From Eledone cirrhosa (Eukaryota), in assembly GCA_964016885.1 (NCBI GenBank), contig CAXHJY010001715.1, positions 12,713 to 76,712 on the forward strand: DNA of 64,000 nucleotides, in the 5' to 3' direction. Below are positions 1-13,144 of this stretch, one piece after another. The position numbers and the translations under genes are program-made. The number at the start of each line of letters is the position of its first letter. The stretch's first letter is position 1. The notes beneath the pieces were generated by a model. The model was given only the letters and a program-made list of their open reading frames with translations. It did not search any database and was not told the DNA's origin.

Positions 1-655
1 ATGATGATGATGATTGTGGTGTGTTGGAGATTATGATGATGATGATGATGATGATTGTGGTGTGTTGGTGATTATGATGATGATGATGATTGTGGTGTGT
101 TGGTGATTATGAAGATGATGATGATTGTGGTGTGTTGGTGATTATGATGATGATGATGATTGTGGTGTGTTGGAGATTATGAAGATGATGATGATTGTGG
201 TGTGTTGGTGATTATGATGATGATGATGATTGTGGTGTGTTGGAGATTATGATGATGATGATGATTGTGGTGTGTTGGTGATTATGATGATGATGATGAT
301 TGTGGTGTGTTGGTGATTATGAAGATGATGATGATTGTGGTGTGTTGGTGATTATGATGATGATGATGATTGTGGTGTGTTGGAGATTATGATGATGATG
401 ATGATTGTGGTGTGTTGGTGATTATGATGATGATGATGATTGTGGTGTGTTGGTGATTATGATGATGATGATGATTATGGCGTGTTGGTGATTATGATGA
501 TGATGATGATTGTGGTGTGTTGGAGATTATGATAATGATGATGATGATTGTGATGTGTTGGTGATTATGATGATGATGATGATTGTGGTGTGTTGGTGAT
601 TATGATAATGATGATGATTGTGGTGTGCTGGAGATTATGATAATGATGATGATCA
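1..655. repeat. 35-bp minisatellite (TGTGGTGTGTTGGTGATTAT(GAT)5), running off the window start
   Basis: Near-identical 35-bp units (e.g. starts at 91 and 126) with variable GAT number. Confidence 0.95.
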
Positions 656-658
656 TTA

Positions 659-1183
659 TCTAAACTATAATAAAGGAAGGTCTTGTCGGGACTGCGTACG
701 GTTTATATTTTTATCCCGTTATTAAAATAAGTTGGATTACTTTGAATAAATAATGAATGAATATTACATAATTTATCTACTAAATTTCGTAAAAATAAAT
801 AATTTCAAATTGACTTCTTTCCAAAGTTGCACTTCCGGTATATCGTTCCCACCACCACCACCACCACCTCCACTTCAACTACCATATATATAGAAAGAGA
901 GAGTGTGTGATGGCGATCACTTAAATAAACATACTAATTTTCTGTCACTAATTTTCTCCTAATGCAGTTTATATATAATATCGTCTTATTTCAATGTATC
1001 ATGGATTACATTACTGATTACAGAAGACAGTGTAACACAGTCTTTGTTCAATTTCTGTGTATATTGTCAATTACGATTTTATTTGATGTATCATATCTAC
1101 ATGTATATATATTTGTGTATAATATCAATATACACACTACACATACTAGCAGAAAACCACCCACAGGGTGGCTTTTCTGCTAG
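659..1183 (+). mobile_element. Non-autonomous Helitron
   Basis: 5' A|TCTAAACTATAATAAAG; 3' hairpin CCACCC-aca-GGGTGG followed by CTAG|T; no TSD; flanks rejoin as an ATC-rich repeat. Confidence 0.7.
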
Positions 1184-1220
1184 TCATAATAATAAACAAA
1201 TTACGATAAAGGCAATTGTG

Positions 1221-1408
1221 ATAATAATTGTTTCTACTTTTGGCACAAGGCCAACATTTACCCAGTGCATTACTGGTACTTTATTTTATCGACCTCGTAA
1301 GATGAAAGGCAAAGTTAACATTGGCGGGATTTGAACTCAGAATGGTAAGGGCCGTAACTCTATACGTCAAAGCATGGCGTCCGACCCTATACTGCCAATC
1401 CACCGCCC
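1221..1408 (-). mobile_element. tRNA-derived SINE, family S1
   Basis: Pol III-like head with B box GAGTTCAAATCCC; body GCCTTTCATC..GGTCGATAAAATAAAGTACCAGT; five further copies in the window. Confidence 0.85.
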
Positions 1409-1724
1409 CAAGGCAAATCCACTGCAATAATGATAATAATTATCATAACAATGATGATGATGATGATTATGCCGATGTGGATGATTATAATCATGAGAAT
1501 TACAATGATCCTGATGATGATCATGATAATAGTAGTGTTGCTGCTGCTGATGATGATGATGAAGTACATTTCTGAAAATAACTAGTTTTATTTTTTGTTG
1601 TTTTTAATATCCTGACTTAGTTTTTATGTATTTTTACATTATTCTCATATTCGGACTGGCTGATTCTGTATGGTGTGTATAGCTCAGTCTACTTGGTATT
1701 TGGTGGATATACACTAGCAGGCAC

Positions 1725-4165
1725 TAGGTGAGTGGTTAGGGTGTTAGACACACAATATAGTGTAGGTGTAGTAGTTAGTGTGTTAGACACAATATAGTGT
1801 AGGTGTAGTAGTTAGTGTGTTAGACACACAATATAGTGTAGGTGTAGTGGTTAGTGTGTTAGACACAATATAGTGTAGGTGTGGTGTAGTGGTTAGTGTG
1901 CTAGCCACATAATATAGTGTAGGTGTAGTAGTTAGTGTGTTAGACACACAATATAGTGTAGGTGTGGTGTAGTGGTTAGTGTGTTAGACACACAATATAG
2001 TGTAGGTGTGGTGTAGTGGTTAGTATGTTAGACACAATATAGTGTAGTTGTAGTGTAGTAGTTAGTGTGTTAGACACACAATATAGTGTAGTGGTTAGTG
2101 TGTTAGACATAATATAGTGTAGGTGTGGTGTAGTGGTTAGTGTGTTAGACACAATATAGTGTAGGTGTAGTGTAGTGGTTAGTGTGTTAGACACACAATA
2201 TAGTGTAGGTGTAGTAGTTAGTGTGTTAGACATAATATAGTGTAGGTGTGGTGTAGTAGTTAGTGTGTTAGACATAATATAGTGTAGGTGTGGTGTAGTA
2301 GTTAGTGTGTTAGACACACAATATAGTGTAGTGGTTAGTGTGTTAGACATAATATAGTGTAGGTGTGGTGTAGTGGTTAGTGTGTTAGACACAATATAGT
2401 GTAGGTGTAGTGTAGTAGTTAGTGTGTTAGACACAATATAGTGTAGGTCTGGTGTAGTGGTTAGTGTGTTAGACACAATATAGTGTAGGTGTGGTGTAGT
2501 AGTTAGTGCGTTAGACACAATATAGTGTAGGTGTGGTGTAGTGGTTAGTGTGTTAGACACAATATAGTGTAGGTGTGGTGTAGTGGTTAGTGTGTTAGAC
2601 ACAATATAGTGTAGGTGTGGTGTAGTAGTTAGTGTGTTAGACATAATATAGTGTAGCTGTGGTGTAGTGGTTACTGTGTTAGACACACAATATAGTGTAG
2701 GTGTGGTGTAGTAGTTAGTGTGTTAGACACAATATAGTGTAGGTGTGGTGTAGTAGTTAGTGTGTTAGACACAATATAGTGTAGGTGTGGTGTAGTAGTT
2801 AGTGTGTTAGACACAATATAGTGTAGGTGTGGTGTAGTAGTTAGTGTGTTAGACACAATATAGTGTAGGTGTGGTGTAGTGGTTAGTGTGTTAGACACAA
2901 TATAGTGTAGGTGTAGTGGTTAGTGTGTTAGACACACAATATAGTGTAGATGTGGTGTAGTAGTTAGTGTGTTAGACACAATATAGTGTAGGTGTGGTGT
3001 AGTGGTTAGTGTGTTAGACACAATATAGTGTAAGTGTAGTAGTTAGTGTGTTAGACACACAATATAGTGTAGGTGTAGTGGTTAGTGTGTTAGACACAAT
3101 ATAGTGTAGGTGTGGTGTAGTGGTTAGTTTGCTAGCCACATAATATAGTGTAGGTGTAGTAGTTAGTGTGTTAGACACACAATATAGTGTAGGTGTGGTG
3201 TAGTGGTTAGTGTGTTAGACACACAATATAGTATAGATGTGGTGTAGTAGTTAGTGTGTTAAACACAATATAGTGTAGGTGGGGTGTAGTGGTTAGTGTG
3301 TTAGACACACAATATAGTGTAGGTGTGGTGTAGTGGTTAGTGTATTAGACATAATATAGTGTAGGTGTAGTGTAGTAGTTAGTGTGTTAGACACAATATA
3401 GTGTAGATGTGGTGTAGTAGTTAGTGTGTTAGACACAATATAGTGTAGGTGTGGTGTAGTAGTTAGTGTGTTAGACACAATATAGTGTAGGTGTGGTGTA
3501 GTAGTTAGTGTGTTAGACACAATATAGTGTAGGTGTGGTGTAGTAGTTAGTGTGTTAGACACACAATATAGTGTAGATGTGGTGTAGTGGTTAGTGTGTT
3601 AGACACAATATAGTGTAGGTGTAGTAGTTAGTGTGTTAGACACAATATAGTGTAGGTGTAGTAGTTAGTGTGTTAGACACACAATATAGTGTAGGTGTAG
3701 TGTAGTAGTTAGTGTGTTAGACACAATATAGTGTAGATGTGGTGTAGTGGTTAGTGTGTTACACACAATATAGTGTAGGTGTGGTGTAGTGGTTATTGTG
3801 TTAGACACAGTATAGTGTAGGTATAGTGTAGTAGTTAGTGTGTTAGACACACAATATAGTGTAGGTGTAGTGTAGTAGTTAGTGTGTTAGACACAATATA
3901 GTGTAGATGTGGTGTAGTGGTTAGTGTGTTACACACAATATAGTGTAGGTGTGGTGTAGTGGTTAGTGTGTTAGACACAATATAGTGTAGGTATAGTGTA
4001 GTAGTTAGTGTGTTAGACATACAATATAGTGTAGGTGGGGTGTAGTAGTTAGTGTGTTAGACACACAATATAGTGTAGGTGTGTGACCTAGTCCTTAGGG
4101 TGTTGGACACATCATGTAATGTATGTGTGAGACCTAGTGGTTAAGTTGTTGTACACACAGCATAG
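1725..4165. repeat. ~42-bp minisatellite (TAGTGTAGGTGTGGTGTAGTGGTTAGTGTGTTAGACACAATA), ~2.4 kb
   Basis: Dozens of tandem units with small indel variants; source of the spurious SNTLTTTPHLHYIV ORFs. Confidence 0.95.
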
Positions 4166-4374
4166 GATTATCTGGCTTTATGGTTAACATGTTTTAATGA
4201 CATAAAATCATTGGGTTTGTTACTTAGATGAATGGCACCTTCTTGAGCCAGACACTTTATTTCATGTTGATCCACTTCACTCATTTGAAAATAAGTGAAA
4301 AGCAACATCAACCAGATGTGAAGCATGTGATGGAGTGTTGTCCTGTCCAAGGAGGTGTTTTGTACTTTGAAGAT

Positions 4375-4812
4375 ATTACATGTTGCTATAATGACCCAAC
4401 TCCTACAGTAGTTCACTACATGTTAATATTGTAACCAACACAAACACTAATTCACTACATGTTGCCATAGTGACCCAACAGATGAGTACTTCACTACATG
4501 TTATTATAGTGAACCAGCACGAACAGTAGTTCATCACATGTTAATATAGTAACACAACACAAATGCTAATTCACTACATGTTGCAATAGGGAGCCTACAC
4601 CAACAGTAGTTCACCACATGTTCATACAAACACTAATTCACTACATGTTTCTATAGGGAGTCTACACCAACCATCATACACTGCATGTTGCTATAGTGAT
4701 CCAACATCAACAATATTTTCACCACAGGTTGCTATTATGATTCAACACCAAAAGCAGTTCACTACATGTTGATATAGTAACCAAACACTAACAATAGTTT
4801 CCTACATGTAAC
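4375..4812. repeat. Degenerate ~38-bp minisatellite (TTCACTACATGTTGCTATAGTGACCCAACA core), resuming at ~6359-6420
   Basis: About 11 diverged units; the motif continues on the far side of the inserted Helitron. Confidence 0.8.
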
Positions 4813-5589
4813 TATCTATACATATATATAAAATTGAAATTGTCTGTGTGTGTGTGTGTCCTAAGTTTTGCAAAATCTATACAAATCCACATTTCTACTC
4901 CAATTGACTTTAAACTTGCATTTATATATTCATTGCGGTCTAAAGATATTAACTGCAGCTTTTATTTTTTAATTTTTCTGTTGTTAAAGGCGTGTTAGGC
5001 ACTGGTTATCGATCTTTCTCTCTCTTTCTCTCTCTTTATTAGTCTGTCTTTTTAGATAGATACATAGCTATAAGGTCTCGCCCTTATAATTTCTGTATGT
5101 ATGTCTGGTTGTCTGCATTACGACATTATGACAAACATTGTTCTCATTGATGACGTATTTTCTTCACTATTTTCCATTCATTGCCAGAGAACGTTTTCAT
5201 GAACCAAAGTATCGTCTTCCTGTTTTCCTTCGGTTGCAACGTTTTTCGAAATATTTACTTCTGCGTTTACAGATTGATTTTTTTAGTTTCAGAAGATGCC
5301 GTTAAGGGTGAAAGCACACGATAACCAATGTCAATGTTACTGCTGCTATATAGGACTCCCATTGTCACTGAACTTTCACCTTTGTGTTCTGCATTTCCAT
5401 CTGCAGGCCAACATGGAATGGTCTTCATAGTAGTCTGTTTATTGAGGGAGAAACAGAAGGGTCTCGAATTTGCTATCCAAAAAACCCATTGACAATAACA
5501 AAAACCGCTAACATCAACGCAGAATGATACATTGTAGGTCGTTTTAACGTGCAGCGCCGGGTACTACTGCTAGTATATATATATGTATT

Positions 5590-5635
<46 letters not shown>

Positions 5636-6358
5636 TGCATTGTAGGTTGCTTTAAGCCATCTTTTATTATTCAAAAAACTCCTTGCCAATAAACATTAAC
5701 CCTTTGTGCGCCATTAATCTGACTGTAGACCAATAAATACCAACTAAACGGAGCGTTGACAAGAACAATGGTGAATGAATCTTCGAGGTAAACAGTTTCC
5801 TCCCGAGCTGTTAGTTCATGCGGCATTCTCTGCTACACCTTTTCAATAATACCGAACAACTTACTGCTGGTCACTCCTTCCTCTAAAAGCCGTACAAACC
5901 GGACATGTGCATCAGGCAGATGGATTGGGTGAAAATCTACACCAGGCCTACGCGAGAAATTTGAAAGGGACTGCACCAAGAGAGATAGAGAGAAAGAGTG
6001 CGAATGAACTTTTGAGGTAAGTAGCCTACGCCTTACTGCTATGACACTGGAACCCTCTGCCAACTTAACCTGTAACATTCTCTTTCACATTTACTCCAAT
6101 AGGCCAAAACAGAGTGAAAACGCCAGGGGACAACTGTCACAGAAGGAGTATGAAAAGAAGGGGCTCAACAATATTTTTATGAACAATGCACGTAGACAGC
6201 TAAACTGTACTTTCAACTTCTTAATTTTCTCCAAATAAAACAAGTTTCCTGTCGGTATATTTTCGTGAGTTTTTAATAGGCACTCACAAATAAACGTTTC
6301 TCATTGGAGGTGCTATTACCAATGTTCTTACCCGTGCAATGCCGGGATACACTGCTAG
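4813..6358 (+). mobile_element. Composite non-autonomous Helitron with two 3' termini
   Basis: 5' TCTATATACATATATATAAAA..GTCTGTGTG; internal end GCGCCGGGTACTACTG-CTAG at ~5573; final CCCGTGCAATGCCGGG hairpin + CTAG|T at 6358; homologous to 16096-19260 in the opposite orientation. Confidence 0.8.
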
Positions 6359-6719
6359 TAGTGACATAAGACCAGTACCAGTTCACAACATGATGCTATA
6401 TTGACCCAGTTGGACATGTTAAACAATAGAGATTATTGTGTTGTCTATTAATATTTTACCTGTAATTTCTCAAACATGATGATGTGGCAATAGAATGCTT
6501 CGAGATATTTGTTCCAACTCTCTATGCTCTAATTTCAAATCTGACTGAGGTCAACTTGGCCTTTATTTCTTTCAAAGTTGAAAAATTTAGTACAAGTTCA
6601 ATATTGGGGCTTGATTCTTCCTTTATAACTCTCTTTCTCACTTTCTCTCTCTCATTTCCTTTCGCTGGAAGAAATCAGCTGTGTTCAGACCTGGAGAGGT
6701 ATGTGTTCCATGAAGTTTA

Positions 6720-6928
6720 GCCTTTACAGCATTTAAACCGGCCATATCCAGCCAGAATTCTCTTCCCTCTCTCTCTGTTCAAACCAGCCATAACCGTTGT
6801 TAAGGTATTGTTCTCAAAATAAATAATATCAAAATCTCATAGCTTCGATATTATATGAGATAATTATGTGAGATAAAGTATTTACCATGAAAATACAATA
6901 GTATATATAGAGTAATGTAAATGCCCAA
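6720..6928. mobile_element. Degenerate copy of piggyBac-like MITE
   Basis: High similarity to 12339-12559; termini eroded. Confidence 0.6.
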
Positions 6929-7028
6929 GACACACCATATGCTATGATGATGTCCCAATGATTCAATCAGGAGTTAAGTGCTCATGGATATATAACTTCT
7001 TCAGCCTAGTTTCCTCATTTATAATATA

Positions 7029-10000
7029 CTAACAGAATGGCCCGGCGTTACTCGGGATTCTAAACATAGATTGGCATGTTTATCCCTCCTTTCTGAAACA
7101 GTACAGAGAAGTACGGAATACTTCGGCCTTGCGACCATCGAATAGCGGATTCCACTGATGATTCGTTTGCCCGCCTTGTTCTTTTTCTTGTCGCTTTGGG
7201 AGTATTTCGGCCAATGGAGTATCTCTTCCTTCGAGGCATGACCTAAAAGCAGGATGAAGTACACTAAGACTGACTGGTAGAGTAAGGAGTAAACTCGTCA
7301 GTGATGCATGTGATTTCCGAACCGTTAACTATGTAATTGCTAAGCCATGAGTGCTATCTTAACCAGGGCACAACGTTATAGCTATGTATCTATCTGCATT
7401 ACGACATTATGAAAACATTGACTTCACTATCTGTGTGTGTGTGTATATATGTATATATAGTGTGTGTATATATATATATAGTGTATATATATATATATAT
7501 ATATATATCATCATCATCATCGTTTAACGTCCATCTTCCACGCTTGCATGGGTTTGGGCGGGGGTTTTCCCACTTGAGGTAAGGGTGGTTGTCTTGCTCG
7601 CATAGGACTGTCTGGCGGATGCCCTTCCTAACACCAACTACATTTACAGTGTGGACTGGGAGGTTTTTATCGTGTTACCTACATGGCCACATTACAGCGT
7701 GGACTGTGTGTTTTTTTGTCGTGACACCTACACGACCTCATTTGTTTCGAACTGGATGTTGTGGTACCAACATAACTTTACATTGAAAGGGGTGATGTGG
7801 ATGGGGTGGGGGTAGTGGGATGGGGGTGTATTTTGTTAGAGGTGCCTACTGACTGTAGTAGGTTTCACTTTGTACTTAGGTAAGGCGGATCTTCTGTATT
7901 ACTGTGTAGCGCCAAAGATCTCGGTCCAGTGACATTGTCTTGGAGAGGTGTAAGTGTGTGAGGTCAGAATTTATCAAGTCGTCCTAGGTTTTTCTGGGTC
8001 TGCCTACTCCGTGGCTACCGTCTATTTTTATTGCCCTGCACTTTTTTATACAGCTGTCGTCTTTCATGCGCATCACGTGACCATACCAACGTAGTCTTCT
8101 CTCGAGTAAACAACATCTGATCTCTCTTATTTCTAATTTTTCCCTTAGTTTGTTTATGCTTTGCCGTTCACATATATTACTATTACACATCCAGCGGAGC
8201 ATGCAAGCTTCGTTCCACTCCAGTCTGCGTATATCCTCTGCACACAATGCCCAGGTCTCACTGCCATGTAACATTGCTGTTCATATGCAGGCATCATACA
8301 GCCTGCCTTTCATTTTTAGAGGGAACCCTTTAGCGGCTAATAGTGGTATAAGCTCTCTGAACTTTTTCCATCCAGTTCTGACTCTAGCTACTGTACTTTC
8401 AGAGCACCCTCCACCACTGCTGATTTTGTCACCCAAGTAACGGAAGGTGTCCACTATTTCTATAGAACCATCTGTGCAATGGAATGAGCTAGTATTCTGT
8501 GGGCACTTGCTGCTACTTACTGCACCAGAGCACCGGCCACATATGAAATCTATGTTCTTAGTTAGCTTACCTGTGATCCCACTACATCTTTTATGCACCC
8601 ATACTTTGCATTTGGGACATAAAATGGTGTTTCTACCTACGCCTTTCCTACACACTGAGCATGGCCATTTCCCGGATGGGACCGGTGCCCTATTTTCCTT
8701 TCTACAAACTAGAACTTTAGTCTTAGACAGGTTAATTTTAAGGCCTTTTGATTCTAGGCCATGCTTCCATGTTTGGAATTTCTTCTCTAGTTCGGCCATT
8801 GATTCAGCTATGAGCGTTAGATCATCTGCGTATAGGAGTTCCCATGGGCAACCGGTCTTGAACTCCACTGTTATAGCCTGAAGGGCAATAATAAATAGTA
8901 GGGGGCTAAGAACGGAGCCCTGATGAACACCAACTATTACGCTAAACTCTTCACTATATTCGTTGTTAATTCTAACCTTGCTGACTGTTTCTTTATACAT
9001 GGCTTGTATAGCTCTCACAAGCCATTCATCAACACCTAGTTTTCTAAGAGCCCACCAGATAATGGAATGGGAGACTCTGTCGAAGGCTTTCTCCAAGTCG
9101 ACAAAAGCTAAGTATAAGGGTTTACTTTTAGCTAGGTACTTCTCCTGTAGTTGTCGTACAATTAAAAGAGCGTCTGTGGTACTTTTACCTGACACAAACC
9201 TGAACTGCATTTCATCTAGATCAATTCTCTCTCTGATTAGTTGCGTTATTACTTTTTATGTGACCTTCATGACCTGGTCGATTAATTTAATGCCTCTATA
9301 GTTACTCCTATCTAGGGCATCTCCTTTACCCTTGTAGCAGTTAATGATGATGCTGTTACGCCAGTCCTTCGGAACAACCCCATTCTGTATGACTTGGTTT
9401 ACTATCCTGGTGACCATGGTGTGTCCCCCCCATTCCAGAAGCTTTCAGCATTTCAGCAACTATTTCCGAAGGCCCAGCCGCCTTACTCGTCTTCATATCT
9501 TTGATTGCCTTACTTATTATACTACCTTCGACTAACAGTGCTGGTCCCCTCTATTGGATCGATGTGGGGGAGACTGTCTTTCTCCCATTTATTCTCCTCA
9601 TTTAGTAGCCTTTCATAGTGACACTTCCAAGCTACCTTCTTATCAGCATCAGTGATGGCAAGTACACCATCATCATTAAGGACACACTTCTCCCCGACTA
9701 TAATATATATATATATATATATATAGTGTTAGTCGAACTAAAGAGGGCTCGATAAGGATAAATATATATCAAATATATAAGAACCCTAGAGCAAATATTG
9801 TTCTCATTGCTGACCTTCACTTTTTTCTGTTCATTGCCAGGGAATGTCTTCACGAACCGAAGTATCATCTTCCTGTTTTCCTTCGGTTGCAATGTTTTTC
9901 GAAATATTTACTTCTGCATTTTATGTTTTCATAATGTTGTAATGCAGACAGTCAGACATACAGACAGATATTATAAGCGGGTGACGTTATAGCTATGTAT

Positions 10001-10197
10001 CTATCTCAAAAGACAGACTAAGAAGGAGAGAGAGATTGCTAACCGGTCCCTTGGGCATTGAAAATTTGAAATATTTTTTGCTGAAAACACTCACACGACC
10101 ATAAGTATTACATGTGGAAAGTTTGAAAAAATCGGTTGGGTGGTTCTCGAGTTTTAGGGGACAGACAGACAGACATTCTCTGTTTTAGATATATAGA
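7029..10197 (-). mobile_element. Non-autonomous Helitron interrupted by an RTE LINE
   Basis: Minus-strand 5' A|TCTATATATCTAAAACAGAGAATGTCTGTCTG at 10197; 3' hairpin and mutated CTAG at 7029; same termini as 21135-22391. Confidence 0.7.
7508..9697 (-). mobile_element. RTE LINE family A, 5'-truncated and degenerate
   Basis: RT motifs QFRF..GKSTTDA, FVDLEKAFDRV, GVHQGSVLSP, LLYADD, FRYLG, RLRWYGHV; ~350-bp 3' UTR; (ATG)n tail in (TA)n. Confidence 0.95.
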
Positions 10198-10214
10198 TGC
10201 AGTTGTTGACACAT

Positions 10215-10430
10215 AATATTCCACAATTATATCATGTATAACCATGTATGCTATTCTCCAATTATAGCATATACCTCTATGCATACTATTCCACAATTAT
10301 ATATATATATCTAATCATAATGTTCCACAATTATATCATATATTTCCATCCATAATGCTCCACAATTATATCATGTATTTCCATCCATAATGTTCCACAA
10401 TTATATCATGTATTTCCATCCATAATTCCC
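10215..10430. repeat. ~35-bp minisatellite (CCACAATTATATCATGTATTTCCATCCATAATGTT)
   Basis: 5-6 diverged tandem units. Confidence 0.75.
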
Positions 10431-10644
10431 TGCTGATGACCTCAACATTATTGCTATTTAAATATTTGCATATAAATTGTTCTGGGACTATAATTTACAG
10501 TTGGGTGGTTTTGGGAATGTTATCAATTCCTGCTTATTAACCATTTGAAATACAACAATGACTCTCTCTCTCTTTCTCGCTCTCTCTCTCTTCCTCTTTC
10601 TCTTACTTTCTCTCTATCTTCCCCTTCCTCCTCTTGCTTCTCAG

Positions 10645-11030
10645 TGTCTATTGAAATCAACAATGATGTTCCGCTTCATTGCAGTGAGCAATGGACATGT
10701 ATATGGGTGAAAAGTCCAATATGGGACCCACAGACTCAACTGTAGATGTTGCACATGTCCTATGCTTGTGGACTAGATGGTTGTCACTGCAGTTGCTGAG
10801 CCATGTGCCAATCTCTGCACACAGTGACCTGGTCAGAGCAAAGGTTAGACAGCTCAAGGAGATGCTGAGTAGTAAGAGAATGCCTCTCTCTGCTCACAGC
10901 CATGTTGGTCTTTTACTGCATCTTCCTAGCTGGACAATGGAATTTTGCAGTGTTTCAGGGTTTGTAGAAGATTGTCTTTGAATTGCTTTTTCTGTCTGCT
11001 TTGCTCCTTTGCTACTGTGTAAGCTTACCA
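10645..11030 (-). mobile_element. Old RTE (BovB-type) 3' fragment of a different family
   Basis: Minus strand reads RQKKQFKDNLLQTLKHCKIPLSS*EDAVKD, then a degenerate C-terminal finger (CGSHIGLFTHIHVH). Confidence 0.7.
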
Positions 11031-12317
11031 CACATACACAACCAAGAGCTTATTATTGATAATGCTAAGTAGCCTAAGTTAAAGGTACATGCATCTGTGG
11101 AATACTCAGCCATTTACACTATATTACAAGACGGTCTGTCTCTGTAATTCAAAGGTTCAACTTTATCATTGTGAATCTCCCTGACAACTACATTAGGAAT
11201 ACACATGTCTGTGGAATACCTCAGCCACTTACACATTAATTTCAAAAGCTAGCTGTTCTCTTGATAGAACAACTAGAACACACTCATCACGGAAACCAAC
11301 TGAGATCCATTCCACTTGAAACTTACAGACACATGGCACATGCAGAGTTTCATGTGTTGTTGCTTGAAATATTCTCAAACACTTTATTTTTGTTTTGTCA
11401 AAGAAATAAACTGAATAAATGAAAAATTGGACAAACCAATAGCTCTATGAATGATTCATATTGATCTGTAATAATTAACACAAAACAAATGGATCAAGAA
11501 TAATCGAAAATCGTTTACAAAACAAGAAAACAAAATACAATAAAATGTCACACAATGTTATAGAATTGTTTTATTTAATGGTAATATCTCTTCAGTTATA
11601 GAATATCATATTAGCATGATTCACTCCCAGAACATTCATGGACTCAATTATGATACTGCAAACAGACGTAAACAATTTAAATAGGTACATTAATGTTGTT
11701 TGTGTTGTTGTTGCTGTTGTTACAGCTTACACCTATATAGATTTAGTTGGTCTCGCATAAGGCTCTATCTCATAGGAAGTTTCCCTGGTGTTTTAATGAT
11801 AGAGGCCTCAGTTTTATGTTTGTGTTGTTTCAGCTTCCTATATAGGATGTATCCTATATAGGATGTATCTTATAGGAGGTTTCTCAAATGTTTTAATGAT
11901 AAGGACCCTCTTCCTGTCATTATAAAAAAACCCACCCTTGTGCCAAACACTTGTCCATTGCAGATTACCCCCCCCCCCCCACACACACACACACACTCCC
12001 CAGCTACTGCTGGTACTAATTTTTTTGTCAGCAGAATGGACAGAAATAATGGGAAATGAAGTATCTTACTTAAGAAAACAATACACCTCACAATCCAGAA
12101 ATCAAATCAACAACCTTATGATTGTAAGTACATCAACCCTAACCACTAGGCAATGTGTCTTCACAAACATTAATATTGAACAATGATGACCTACTAATTG
12201 TAAGATTTTGAATTCTAGCCATGGTCTCACACATTGAGGGACCAATTAGGAGTCAAAAGAGAATCTTAAACAATTTAAAGAGATATGTTAGCATTGAACA
12301 CAGGACATATGTAGAGG

Positions 12318-12660
12318 CAGGCATGGCTGTGTGGTTAACCCTTTAGTATTTAAACTGGTCATATCCATCCAGAATTCACTCAACTCTTTCTGTTCAAACT
12401 GGCTGTATCTGGCTGAGAATACTGATGTTAAGGTATTGTTCTCAAAATAAATAATATCAAAATCTCATTGATTCGATATTATATGAGATAATTATGTGAG
12501 ATAAAGCCTTTACCATGAGAATATAATAGTATATATAGAGTAAAATAAATGCTAAAGGGTTACAGAGTTCACTTTGCAGCCACATGGTTATGGTTCAGTC
12601 CCACTGTGTGGACTTAGGGCAAGTATCTTCTGCTATAGCACCAGGTTGACTAATATGGTT
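12318..12660 (+). mobile_element. tRNA-derived SINE (family S3) split by a piggyBac-like MITE
   Basis: Head GGCATGGCTGTGTGGTTAA | insertion | GAGTTCACTTTG..GGTTCAGTCCCACTG..GGGCAAGTATCTTC; similar head at ~42705. Confidence 0.65.
12339..12559. mobile_element. piggyBac-like MITE
   Basis: TTAA|CCCTTTAGTATTTA ... TAAATGCTAAAGGG|TTAC terminal inverted repeats; second copy at ~6720. Confidence 0.8.
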
Positions 12661-13110
12661 GTTATAAAATCCACAGATGATTTAGGCGAGAACACTTTGC
12701 CATCAAGACCAAAAGGTTTGTGAAATTTACCAAAATTCCCTTCACTCTATGTCTGGACTTCAGAAGCACTTATGGGGTCACAGTAGAAATATTTCTACTT
12801 AATAAAAATAATAATTGCACAATCAGAAACAGTCTTGACTATTAATCGTGTGACAACAATTGTGTGTGTGTGTGTGTGTGTGTACATATGACTTTTAGAA
12901 AAAAAAAGAAAGAGAACATTTAGAGAAAAATCAACATCAGTAATAATAGCTACAATAACAACAACAATACTTTATCTTTATTCATGTAGTGCAGAGGTTC
13001 TCAAAGTGGGCGCTACTGCCCCACGAGGGGGAGGTGGCTTGAGAAGGTCCAAGGGGTGCTGGGGCCTAAGGAGCAGGTAGGGATAATATAATAGTATATT
13101 AAATATCAAA

Positions 13111-13112
13111 TG

Positions 13113-13144
<32 letters not shown>

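Noticed and set aside
1321-1575. Asp/Asn-rich ORF
   Set aside because: SINE antisense sequence fused to a (GAT)n low-complexity tract.
1976-4020. Repetitive ORFs (SNTLTTTPHLHYIV)n
   Set aside because: By-product of a 42-bp unit; frames are broken by frequent indel variants.
10691-10981. 96-aa plus-strand ORF as a host exon
   Set aside because: Antisense to a decayed RTE 3' end.
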